Shown one piece after another: positions 1 to 13,100 of a stretch of 64,000 bases of DNA. How positions within the stretch are numbered: the first letter of the stretch is position 1; each line of letters begins with the position of its first letter. Position numbers and translations under genes: made by a program. The stretch comes from Nitrospirales bacterium (GTDB lineage Bacteria; Nitrospirota; Nitrospiria; Nitrospirales; UBA8639): assembly GCA_965203295.1 (NCBI GenBank), contig CBDBCZ010000016.1:1152001-1216000 (forward strand). The letters are read 5' to 3'. The notes beneath the pieces were generated by a model. That model saw nothing but the letters and a program-made list of their open reading frames with translations, had not been told where the DNA came from and did no database searches.

Positions 1-3000
1 TTGCCAATCTTCAGAGGTTGATCTTGTTTAGTAGCTCCTGCTAATTTCTGTATATTCTGAAAATCTTCATCTGTGAATTCAGCATTGTTATGAACAATCA
101 GTGCTGGCCCATGGGATTCTGCCATTCCTGCTAAGAATAGATTTTTGGGAGCCACATCATGTGTACGAGCATCAAAGCAAATATTCATTACTGTTGCCCC
201 TGCATCGTCAGCATTCTGAATAAGTTCCTTGATAATGGTAAGGCCACCATCATAGTCTCGAAGGATATTCTTCAATCGCTGAGTGAGAGGTTCACTCTGG
301 CCAACATCCTCAAAAGTATCTTCTGAAATATCCAAATGTTCAGTGAGTGGTGTTAGCCTAAGGCATTTAGCCATCCGGGGAGTTATGGACTCGTGAACAA
401 ATATGTGTCTTTTTTCTGTTTCAGAAGACTTGAAGTATGTTTTCAGGAAGTCATTGTCTGTGTACACTACTTTACTGGCATCTACTAACTGTGGAAGACC
501 AGTGGACTCAACTGGAACATACAGTACATCATCCACTGAGAGCTCGACATAATGCTTTCCATAGCCAGTCAGCCAAGAAAGAATGCTTCCAATTGTACTC
601 CACGTTTTATCAACATTGAGTGTACTGCTATCCGTGTCTTTAATCTTTTTAAGTACAGAAATGATTTGTGACTGACTAGCAAAGTCGTTAACTCCAAATT
701 TAGAGAACAGAGGTGAATACCTTGAGAGCTCACCTGGTAATATGTAGAGGTAAGGTTCAAGATCATGGTGGAAGCTGGGATGAGGCTTTAGCACAACCAT
801 TTTGGAGCTAACAAAATTTCTGTGTTTGCTGATCCAAATCCACTCGACATATTTTAAGCCATTCAAATCTTGATTCGACAAATTCCTTTTAAAGTATCTG
901 TAAATCATGTGAACAGTATCATTCACTAGATCTGTATCAATCCTGTGGTGATTGTTAATTATATACTGGAAATGTGCTAGTACATGCTTTACTAGACTTG
1001 TGGAGCATGCAGAAGCAAAAACAGTTGAAAGCTTCATAGATGGAGAGCAATCGACTACATACACCTGAGAGCCTGTAATGGTGGCGAGCTCATCATGACC
1101 ATGACAGGGAAACAGTACAGAACCATGGAGTGATGTGAGGTGGGAGGTGCAGGTGCTACCTTTCCAAGATAAGCATGTTGGATAGCATTTGGGAAGATGG
1201 GACTGAACTGGAAGCCAGCAGTACTTCAAAGCCAACAACTGCAGAGCTTTTTTCAAGGTGTATGAACGATTTTTGTGGCTTACTCTGACCGAACAATCAA
1301 AAATTGATTGCTTCTCAGAGCTCAAATATGAAAGGACTGCTTTTGCACGTGAAATTCTAGTTGGAGCCACAGATTGTGGACAGCCTGCAGTTGAACCTTC
1401 GGCTATGGACTCAATTATCTCCACAATTTCTTGAGCTGTGACTGAACAACGCAGTCCACAACTACGAAGTTGTAGTACGTACTGGTCAAAAGGAGGAATG
1501 GGAAATACTGGTTCACCTTGGTACAGTGCCTTGAGTGCTTCTTGTGAGGGGTCAAAGAGTTCTTCAGGAGATTTGGGTGAGCCTAATGTGCTGCCTTTTA
1601 AGAATTTTAAACTCCTCAACTCAGAGGTGAGTTCTGTAGCTGGAGAGTGGTATGACATACTGATGAGTACTTGCTCCATCAGATTGTCGATTTGATTGGG
1701 AGGATAGAATGTACATGTATTGTTTCTTATCATTGGAAACAGAAATTTGAGAAGAAATTCCAGTTTGGATGGTTTCTGAATACCAGGCATGGAATTCAGA
1801 AATGGGATATAGTTTTGTGCTCGTGATATAACAATGAGATTTGAGGGAAGGTAGCTGTAATCAATATCAAACTGCTCTGGCTCCACTACTATCTTTAATT
1901 TACCATTCTGTGTGACTTCATTTGCTGAGTAGAGTTTCTGATTTAGAGCAGTAAGAATAGGAAGGCACATTAAAGCTCTCAGGTTACCAGAGCATCGCTG
2001 TGACAGATTCACCTGAAGAATATGTGCCTCAGACTGTACGAATTCAGTGGTTTGAATCTCTGCTATTCTAGGATGAGCATTAGCAATTGCTGTTAGAATT
2101 CCATCAGATGTGAGGCTGTTCACATAGCAGGGAAGGTGTGCACGGTCCAAGTAAGGAAATTGACTGGGGTCAGTAAATCGAACCTGTAATTTGTTAAATG
2201 CCTGAAGTAAGTCACGAGAGCACTGTTGGGTATTAAGAGATAAAATAGAAGATCCAAAGCTATGTGTAAGCCTGGTAACCTGACAGGACTGTGGTGCACT
2301 CTGCTCATAACAAACCAGAGGGAGTATTAATTGTCCAAGAAATATACTGAGATCATGAGATCTTACCCAAGTCCAGAATGTTTTTAACCACTGTTCATAT
2401 GAATGAGGGAAGGAAACAGTCTGGCATGAGCGCCATTCACTGGGAAAATTCTCTGGAAGGAGTCTAGCCACTGCCTGCACATCCAAGTTCAGAATTTGTG
2501 TTTCCTTGGAAGAGGCAACGGCTAGTAATTTGGAATGTAAGTCAGAATCTTGCTTCTGTACATTTACCAATTGTTTACTCATGTGAGGTAATAAGGCTTG
2601 TGGATATTCTTCGTTACAAATGTAGTAATGCTGTGTATACAAGCCAACTTCTTCAAATTTCGCAAAGTTACCATCAGCTCGTGGAAGCAAAACGAGTCCC
2701 TGAAGATCAGAGTAGTTTGCATCTTCTAGGCAATATCTGAGAAGTTCATGCTTTTCATGGGCATCAATGTACATGTAAGAGCCACTCTGGTTCCGGAGGT
2801 GGCAACGGGTCAATCTTGATGAAATACAAGTAGGAGAGAATTGTGCAAGTTCAAAGGCATTCCAGATCCTCAGCGGCACATCCACAAGCCTGATTTTACA
2901 AGAGGAGAGAACACGATGCACTATCGGTGAGAATTGATCTTCCTTGGGTATAAACACTCCTTTTCCTGGCTTAATCCACCTTCCCACCCGAGTGTCTGAT

Positions 3001-6000
3001 CTCTCAGTCCGGACAACTGGTTCATTCATGAGGATCTCCAACAAGGGAAGCAAGAGACCGCTCCATTTAGTGGAATGAACACTGCCCACTTCTGGCCATG
3101 CATTGTAGAATTCCTCGGGTGTCAGGAAGTCCTTGGCTTTATCAAGCAGTAATGCATAGCACGGGGGAAGAAGCTGGTTTACAAGTAAGGTGTTCCACTC
3201 GGCAGTGGGATCATTCTTCCTCTCAATACCTGGCCATTTGAGTGTTCTTCGGTCGTCATTTAAGCTGAAAGTGCCATTAACATGCACAGGAAGAGGAGAT
3301 GAAGCTTCTGCTGGCATTGGAAGGAAACAAAAGATACGACCAGCAGAGGTCGGGGCAGTGCTACTTTTGAGCTCCAGAGCCACACCCACCCAGGGGTAAA
3401 CATGCTGTTTCATAGCTGCAGCCTGAACGTCTGGGCACCGAGATCCTACCTGGTTGGCAACCAGCCAGTGGCTCTGTGTGGTGTGGTCACCATCTGTCAC
3501 TTTTATATGGAAGTCAGTCACAGTGTGCTGGCTGATACTGTAAGACTGCGACACTGGTTTTAATTTCAATTGGTCCATGATATTCTTTCGGTCTTGGTTT
3601 GCTTGCTGTTTTTCTACTATTTCCACTCGAAACAACTTCTGTTCCCTATATTTCGGAGTACCCTCAGGCTCAGCCCACAAACACTCCTCAGGCACTAACT
3701 CAGTAAGCTCAAGTACTTCGATAGTATCAACGGAGCGGAGGAACAGTAGGAGGAATTTTGCCTCTTCTTTGAGAGCTGCTAGCAGTTCATGCAATTTCGA
3801 AATCGTGTAGAGGTTCTTTGAAAGCTCAGAGCAAGTGTCACGAAGAGGAAAGCGGAAAAGGGTGCCGGGATAATTGCTAGTCATGTTAGCAGAGAATCCA
3901 CACACATTATCAAATGGAGCAAGAAGAGTATCTCGACCCTGAAATCGAAGCTTTGCTATGTCAAAACACTTTCCCGACTCTCCCTTCCATACCTTCTCCT
4001 GTGGCTCAAGGTAGGCCAGGTTTGGACCACTTAAGATCACTGGAAGGTCTAGAGGAAAAGATGTTACCCATAAACCAATCAGAAGTGACTGCCCAGTTGT
4101 CGATTGGTGTCAAATGTCAAACTGAATACTAGTGAGTTTGGAGAACAATAATTATGTAGTACTACATCTGTCCAGCATACCACATATGCTGTTTTGCGCT
4201 AATTATCATATAGGAGGATAATTTGGTAAGGATTTAATTATTATTCACTAAAATAATAATAGCCTGCTCTTGTCATTTTGCTAAATTTTATGTTTGCCAA
4301 ATTCTTGTGCTATACGGTATTCAACTTCTGCATGCCATATGCAGATGCATGTACATAGAAATTAGTAACTGCATTCACTTCCTGCTGGAATTTATGAGGT
4401 TCTTCAATATAAAAGTTGGTCATGATACAGGCATTACTACAGCCTTACCAGGCCTCCCTACACACACACTCAACATAATGAAGAAAAGTGCTATTATTTA
4501 CAACCACTGTCACAGTAAAAGGTACCCTCAAATTCAGGGCGTACTTGCCCAGACTTTATCTCAGAACTTTAGAGAAAAGTTGAACAGTAAGGCCTGGAAG
4601 GATTTTATGCGTGATATGTGCCACTAATGATGTGTAAACTACTTCTGTTGTTGGAGTCATAAACTGCAAACAAATGAACTGCGTGCACCATGCAAAACTC
4701 GCAGTTTATGATTTAGAAAATGAGTTTGTTGTCTGTCTCATTTGCAGTTGTTTAATTATTTTCTGTGAATAGATACCACCCTCAAATTGTGCTGCACCTC
4801 CAGAAGTGTTGAACGAAATAGTGGCTGCCCTTGATTAGTAGCCGCAACTAAAATCTAAGTACCGCAAGAATAAGCAACAAAATATACAACAAGAGAAGAA
4901 AAATACGTAAGACTTTGCTAGCCAAAAGTTATCGGAACTCACTTTAGACTTCTTGTGTTAGAGGTCTGAGAAGGGGTCGTCGTTCTACGAAGGCTGCCTG
5001 TCAATCTATAGGCCTACTCTCAATATTTCCGCCAAAAACAACTGGCATTGTGCTTTATGATAAATTTTCATTAGTGTTGAGGCACAAAGGAAAAATAAAT
5101 GGATGTTTGCACTACATTTAGCCGCACTGCAGAGATCAAAAAGTTGTTTTAAACCAGATAGGATTATCTCAGTTGGAGTCTGCAAAACAGTGCGTAAACA
5201 AGTGGATCACTTTACTACCCTATTTCTCCGATTTCAGAAGAAAGGAAATACCCATTAGTAACGCACATTTGTACCAACTTGTTCTATCCCCATGAAAGAA
5301 ATAGCTTGGCTTCCTGAGTAAAGTGATCTTGTTGCACAGCACATAACTGCACATTCTCTGCTACTGGGGCTGCAACTGAGGTGGATCACTTAATTTGGTT
5401 TTGCAGTGCAGCAAACAAATAAATGCCACCCTTGATTAGTCTCTGCCCTTGAAAAGTGGCCGCAGAAATTACATGATGAAATAATAAATAGCTGCAAGTG
5501 TCTGATTGCGGAAATTTGGTATGTATTCTTGACCAAAATGCAAAAAGTAATCAAACCTGTACCCATGTATTGTGTCCACGCATCTAAAATTTAAACAGCA
5601 ACTAACTAGTCACTATGACCGTACTACTTTTACTGCATGTATGTGTACTGATCGAATCAATCGTAGTGTTGTGCAGCGATACACTAGTAGCTAAGCATCA
5701 TCGCCAAGTTTAAGCTGCTTCTTTATTACCATACCAGTGTAAAACAAGCAAAAAATGGGTACGTGTAGTGGATGATGACATGCATTCTATCACTCAATAT
5801 ATGCATAGAATTTAACAATGTAATATGAGAGCTATACTACCTAGCTCTAATACCGTAGTCATAAATAAAATAGATAATACCGTATAGCGGGAAATTTTAG
5901 CCGGGGGTAAAATTTCGCCAATTTCGCCAGTCGGTTACAGCGGTGAAAGTTAAACCGGTAAAAAAAAATTCCATTGACAAAAGCCATTTCTGACAAGTGA

Positions 6001-7693
6001 ATCATGACTTTACCAAGATGCTTGCTAGTTATGCAATGACGCAGCGAGCTCACTAAATTCATTGTCTCAGACTCTCACAGACCTCGTTTGCGGCAATGGT
6101 CTGCGAAGCTAGCTATGCCAGCCCGAGGACTAGCCTTGCTGCCAGCCTGCGAGCTCGAGACTACTGCAGGACCTCTTACCCTGTTACTGATGATTGACAA
6201 ATGGAGACAATGGCGGAAATCAGAACGATTTTCAATCTCCATGAACCAGGTAGGCTCTCTCTTTCTACTTGGACTTAGCTAACTGCACGCATGTTAAATA
6301 AAATCAAAACTTTGGAGGCGTGCGTTCGAAAATAAAATTGGCGAATATTTTCCACTATACTTTGCAACTGTAGTTGGCGAAATTCTTCCCTGGTGAAATA
6401 TTCCCACTGTACGGTAGTTGAAATACATGTAGCTATCTTACCTGTGATGTGATACACAGAGTTGAATCCAATGCCAAACTTTCCTACTTTTAAAGGGTCT
6501 TTAGCTTTGCCGCTCTGTTGGATCTTTTGTATGCCCTTCCAGTCACCTTCTTTAAATTTTTCATCGTTATAAGCCAGGAGGGCAGGGCCCTGGAACCTTG
6601 CTAGCTCAGGATTATCCAATGAACTGGTTCCATGCTGTCTGCAATCCAAATAAAAACGCACTGTCCTAGCACCTGCATCATCGGCATTCTGGATTATCTC
6701 CTGCAAAACAAAAAGATTAGTCACCCATAGAGCCTTCTTAAACTTACACAACACACACATGGCCTAATATAGTTACCTAGCCTCACCGTACCCAGGCCCA
6801 TACACAACAGTGCTACAATCTACCAATAGTTTGGTCATGTACTATTAGTCTCGTTCCAGCCCGTCGGGCTGGGAACGAGACTAATGTAATTATATTAACG
6901 TGCGCAGTCACGCGCCATTTACTGCACTTAATTACATTCCACATTGCATTCCAATTAAGACGCTAATAAATTAAAACGTAGCCATCAATAAAGCGTTACT
7001 GAGAAATAACTTACCGGTCAGCAGTTTGAGTGATTCCGTGGTACCACAGGTGTGACAGAAACGGAAAGCTACACTGACTCAATATAACCTATAGCCTAGC
7101 TAGCCTCGTTCCGTAGCTGTCGGCAAGGTGAGACTATTTACTAGATTTCTATCGACAGAACGGCTAGACACTGCCCTTTTAGGCTTGTACCAACTAAATT
7201 AATACATCAATATAGCTAGGCTATAGCCTCGTTCCCAGGCTCTACTTCCCAGCTTTTTTTCGCACGAAGTAAAAAAAAGCTGGGAAGTAGAGCCTGGCAG
7301 TAGCATTGCAGCGACTCACTCGGGTTTCAAGCCTGAAAGCGCTTTAGCTCACTGACAGACAAGCGGATTCCAAGTACTTTTGTCATAGATGAGGCTATAT
7401 TATCTATGCTTTTGTACAAAGCAGCTCTATAGAGAATCCATCCAGGATATAAAATTTTTGCAGGGCGGGTTAGTATCGCAAGCAATTCAAGTACAGTTCG
7501 CTAGATCTATATGGCTCATCTAATACCATAGATAGTAGAGTAGAAGTCCTTCTACTCTACTATCTATGCTAATACAATGTACCTTGAAGATTTGTCCGTC
7601 CGGGTATCTTTCAAGGATGTCTTTGATCATCGTGGAGAGGGGAGGCCGCCTCTGACCAAACCCGCGGGTTATTTTGTCGTCCAAGGCTTCCAT
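1..7693 (-). CDS. SACS: Sacsin-like protein (Hsp90/GHKL-like sacsin repeat regions), 5' part; continues beyond window start
   Basis: Exons 7693-7583 (MEALDDK..FGQRRPPLSTMIKDILERYPDGQIFK), 6700-6442 (EIIQNADDAGA..FQGPALLAYND..KVGKFGIGFNSVYHIT) and 4048-<1 (DLPVILSG..GTLFRFPLR.., and near 300-1 a second repeat GQSEPLTQRLKNILRDY..KELIQNADDAGA..HGPALIVHNNAEFTDEDF..KIGK). Introns are GT-AG. The frame at position 1 matches the frame at 4048. The ORF track lists no stop-terminated ORF in this frame, consistent with an open >4 kb exon. Sacsin family; orthology to vertebrate SACS not established. Confidence 0.92.
5878..6416. mobile_element. Non-autonomous TIR element (MITE) in sacsin intron 2
   Basis: Ends TACCGTATAGCGGGAAAT and ATATTCCCACTGTACGGTA are imperfect inverted repeats, with subterminal AATTTCGCC/GGCGAAATT motifs. 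No convincing coding capacity. Confidence 0.6.
7223..7296. repeat. Short hairpin MITE-like repeat of the TAGCCTCGTTCCCAG..CTGGGAACGAGGCTA family
   Basis: Perfect ~26-bp arms CCAGGCTCTACTTCCCAGCTTTTTTT / AAAAAAAGCTGGGAAGTAGAGCCTGG. Related copies at about 6846-6884, 22166-22290, 32131-32243, 36563-36645, 45626-45663, 49479-49534 and 56755-56786. Confidence 0.7.
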
Positions 7694-10124
7694 CTTGCAT
7701 GGAGCCACCGTCACTGAATATTAATACCGTTGGACTGTATGTGTGGCACATAATTTTCAGGGTATAATACTAAACATGTAATAATCAGGGAGGCAATGCA
7801 GAAGGTAGACACTGTTTAATATACATGCCGTATCTTCTTTACCTTTAATAGCCATTGATATCTTCAGTAATATACTACGCTGGAACCATGAACTACACTC
7901 ACGTAGGCTAACAAGTAAATCTGACTGCAAGAATTCTCTAGCACAGATTTTAAGAAATCAATAATGATATTCATTAGCTTCATGTCACGCCACTATATGA
8001 CACGTGCCCACTACCACTATCAACTATCACCCCCTCAATCATGTACTGGTACCAACATGATTTGTGCCCTGCATTGTTTAGTAGCTATATAGCATGCACT
8101 GTTACAGTAGCCCTGTATAGCTAGCTATAGCGCGCAGCATATAGCTTCCCTCATCATGGGTATCTCAGGCCAACATGCAACCCCCTGTATTTAGCTATAA
8201 TATTATAGCTGCTGGTATTGGTATAGCTACATGTACTGCCTTTGTCATCCAAATTATGGAGTAATTTTGACAATAAGCAGAAGTTAATTATTTTGTTAAG
8301 AGAGAATTCATCTTTCTTGCCATCATTACCTTTAACATGCAGACCCGCCCATCCCAAGAAGTTGTAATTAGTGCCACCTATATATTCATCATCTTCCTGA
8401 TAGTGTACATGAATATCAGTTCCTATAAAATCACCTCTATTTCTGTTTTAAGAACAAAATATCAAAGTAAATGGACAATGTAATCACGAGAGAAGTGCAT
8501 GTGAGTGGCAATGAAACAAGGACCTATTAAGGGTGTGCTAGTTAACTAAATCAATTACAAAATTAATGAGTCAGGAGAATGGCTGTCCCCTCAAAGACCC
8601 CAAAAATGCTGGATATATGCTGTGTGCCATTGCATCCCACAATCTGAATTCCTCACTGCAGTGGAGGAGAATAATGGTAATTCACCCTTCACAAAAGTGT
8701 AATAAACAATAGCTACTGAATTGTGCAAGCAGTTGTAGTCTGCTTTCTCTTCCTTCTCCTTGCTGCTGATGTAATTGAGTGACTTCATGTCCTCACTTAT
8801 TGTCAGGGCAGTCAACACATCTACTCAGTCTGCATGTACCCATCAGTCACCCGAACAAAACGAAGTGCTAGAACATACAACATCAAATTATGACAGTGTG
8901 AATCTGTAGACTAGCTAACAGGAGAGGAAGCGTCAACCTCCTGACGGCCTTGAAAAATTACACTAGCATATTTTTGAGAATAAGAGGTACACAAAAGCAT
9001 TATATATAATTTTGCAAACTTTTAAGAATGATAGGTCATAACTTATCACTTATACCTAGGCTAAAGTAATTGTACCAGATCAGCTGTTCTCTGCAACTAC
9101 AGAGCGAGTGTTTTATGTGTTGTGAAATACACTCTCCAATTGCAATCAGCAGCAATTGTCTCTGGAAAATTATCTGCTATGTTACAATACAATTACTGTC
9201 GAGTAGTTTTTCAACGTTTTGTCATGTAGCTACTGTGGAATTTGAGAAATATATTGAGAATAATAGGACAACTTAAAAAGTATAATCAGTATGTCTTGTG
9301 AATAGGGAAAGAGAATAATAGGGAGGAAAAAAGGATAATTGGTCAAGGCCTAATGTTTTGTTAAAATAATGATGCCTTTCGATACTCCTTTAAAAAGACG
9401 TGTCACTGAGCCGGACACCCCATAGTTGTTGTTTGTTGCACTATTCCTGTGTGCAAAAAGAATGCCTCCATATTATAAGCTGAGTTGTCTTGAAATACAT
9501 TTTGTGTTAGGCTAATGACACTATTTGCACATGCATGAATTGCACCTTTAAGTTGCTACATGTAAATGTACCATTGGTAAAAATACAAATTGACATTACA
9601 GAGGCTGCGATAGGTAACACTCCAACAGTATTCACTTTTTAAGGTTGCCATAATCAAGATCAATGTGCCGTGGGCCACACTCGTACACTCATAGAGTTAA
9701 TACTTAACATTATTACAATTTCTAAACTCTCTCTCTAGCTCTCTTTGCACAAACGCAGCATTACATCTCTTTAGATGGAGCGAACAATGGGTGGCTTCAC
9801 ATGGTCTGAGTCTAAATAATATACAGGTGCATGAGTCTGATCAAATAATAGGCATGGTTCAGAGCAAGACCTCTGCTACAAGTGCGAACTCTACCTGTTT
9901 GTTGTCAAGGGCTGTAGGCTTCAGCTGAAAAAGTAATAGCCAATTACCTTGGTGTGGTATTCAACAGAGAATGTAGCAGCATGTACCATGCAATGATAAC
10001 TTAAATTCTCAAATACAGAGAACACCCATTATGAACACTAATTCAATTAAACCAAGACTAACAATCCAAGTATCAACACTAAGATTTTGTGTCTATATTT
10101 AGCTGCTACATGCTACTATACAAG

Positions 10125-13100
10125 TTATTCAATGTCGAATCTGAAGGTGAAAGGGCGACTACTGTCACAGGATCTTCCAAATACATTGATCCTGAAGTGA
10201 TGATTCCCCTCACTCAGATTGCTCAGTCTGTAGGGACTTTCACCTGGCAGTGCATGGTATGTATACATGTACATAAAGTACCAAAATACCAAGGGGCTAT
10301 AAAGTCCTTAACAATATAATCTGGAACAATCCATTGCTGTGAAGATCCGTAAAGTACTCTTCAACTATGAATGAGAATGTGCTACAATATGACTTACACG
10401 CCTGAGCTCCCCCACGATCCAAGTTGCAGGTGAATGTACGCTGCCCAGGCCCATCGCTCGCAAACTCGACCATGACAGATTCACCATCAACCGTCAACCC
10501 ACGGCCAACAAAGTGCGTAGTGCAGGTGCCAGGGCTTGTAATTGCCACGCTGCTGGAAATGTCATCTCTCTCACGACCAGATGTAGCAGTTACTCGTATA
10601 AAGTAGTTATCAAGTGCAAGGTCATCGATGGTGACAGTCTCTCCCACTTGGCCTAAGTCAGGGATATCAAGGAGTAAGCTACTGTATAATGGGTTAGGGC
10701 TATATTGGTATACTACGTTTGTACTAATGGCATGGTATACAAAGTTGGGACTATTGGTATTCAGAGTGGGGAGGTACAGAGTTTTGGGACCAATGGTATA
10801 CAGAGCCTGGTGAAGTGTATGGTATAGAGAGGTGTCCTTATTTCAGGGGTGTACAGGGTTGGGATTAATGGTATACAGAGACGGGACTACAGACATGCAT
10901 AAGATTGCAATTGCAAATTGCAACCAGTAAGAATACAGCCGTTAAAATAACATGACCTTAGATGAACACTCAACATGGGTAGGTATTTGTGAAGATGACA
11001 TTGCATTTATGTTGCTATATAACTTCTTCCATGTATAGGTAGCTACATGTACTTGTCACAAAATTCAATTTACTTACAGTCGACTGTCATTCCACGATTG
11101 ATCTGACAACGAATATTAGCGTCATCTCTGTTAGTCATCACCTGGAATACGATGCTGTTGCCCACCACTCTGGGGGTATTTCCAGTGAAACGAACTTCCA
11201 GGTCCCTGGGAGGGGGCTCTGTGGTATGGGCAGGTTGGCAAGACTATTATGTAGTGCACTAAGAAGGAGTGTGCTGGCTACAGTTGCAATCAGGTCACTA
11301 TCGTTATATCATACACTTCCACTCTAGAAAACTAATTGTATGTTTTGGAGAGATTTGGAAGCATTGATTTTATATTACATATATGGAGTGTCCGCGCCAT
11401 CCCGTCATAGAGAGTCTATTGACTCTCTGATAGCTTCCCTCCAATTAACGTATGAAGTCAGTGTATTGAGAGAAGAACATGAGTGTTAAGAAGTCAGAGT
11501 TGTTGGAAGTCCCAACATGTCACCTATAGTATACATATACTGCACAAACTGCCTTATTGTAGTGTTACTGACATACCACCATCGTTATCCACAATGACTA
11601 CTGTTGCTTCTCCACGGTCTGGGCTGACAAAGATTCCAGTTTCAGACGACATCAGACGGACTCTAAAGGTCTCAGGACGCTCGGCGAGGTCATCATCAAT
11701 AATCCTGAACGACAGCACCCTTTGGTCTCCTGTGAATTCTTCAGGTTCCCTACTGAGGGACCCTATTTGTGGACCACGATGGCTAAGATAGTCCTCTCCA
11801 TCTGCCAATACAGTTGGAACAATCACTTATATTTTATGTGCTGTTCAACAGCTGTACATGTATATATACACAAGACTAAATGCTGATTTATAGTAAACGT
11901 ACTTGTGGCATTGCGATCCTCAGTGTAGTAAGTAAAGACAACAGGCCTGTCTATCACTGGTACTCTTGAACCAAGTAGCTGTACAGTCAGTTCCACTTCA
12001 CCAGCATCTTCCCTCACATGGTACACTGGCTGATCAAACCCAATCACTGCAACTGCAGAAACATAGGTGACAGGGATATACTCTCAATCACATCACTAGT
12101 GTGTACAAAATCAACTATAGCTTACCCCAGTAAGTAAGACATTCATTAACATGGTTTTAATCATTGGCCTGCCGGCCGGCCAATACTTCAGTGAGGCATT
12201 ATCATGCTGTTTCTCTATGTGATGAATTCAGTACCAGGTACTAGACTAACAATATTATTTCAGTAATCTATGGCCCTAGTTGGCTTAAGTAAGTGGAGTA
12301 AGCGCATAACGTATACTATTACATTGCAGAATGTAGCCCAATACTTTACAATAACACTTAATTATTCAGCACAAAAATATCAAGTTCTGATCAGAGTACC
12401 TTAGGTTAGACCAGTTTAAAGCTAAGGCTTGAAATGTAAGAGGTGTAGCATCATTCCCAGGCCTGCCAAAAAAGGTTGAGACATGTGAACAAGGCTATAG
12501 GAGGTGTACCTTCATCATCTACAATGTAGACAATAGTAGTGTCTAACCCTGGAACCACTTCCACAAAGCGACTCGCAATTATGCCAGCAGGAGAAACTCT
12601 GAGCAGGAAAGACTCAACGAACTCAAACACATTATCATCTATGATAAATTCATTACGAAGTTCTTCACTATTGAAACAAACACGGGTTTCGCCGGGCAGT
12701 AGTATTAGAGGAACAGATCCACCACGAAAATCAATTTGGTCTGCAAGAAAGGAAATGGAATGGGTAATTACTACATGATGTCAACAATGGTTACAGTGGA
12801 ACCCCTGCAATGTGGACACCTAGGGGACCTGGTAAAGTGTCCTGTATAGAGCATATTTGGGGCACAGCAACATGTCCTAAGTACAGAGCGGTCCTTAATT
12901 CAAGGATGTCTTTTAAGAGGTGTTCCATGGTATACCATCTTTATTCTATCCAGGTCCCCAAGGTGTCCACATTAGAGAGGTTCCACTGCATTCCCAGAGT
13001 ATACTAGCCAAATGTACAGCGTATTTCTGCACGACTTTTTCTTTGGCTTGGTACAAATCAAACCCTAGTGCAGCCTTTATCACAAAACTGGCCTGTTATA

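Noticed and set aside
9858..9925. Possible extra 3' exon of the mosaic gene (LKPTALDNKQVEFALVAEVLL*)
   Set aside because: The upstream exon already ends in a stop at 10125, the phase does not match the phase-1 donors, and there is no domain similarity.
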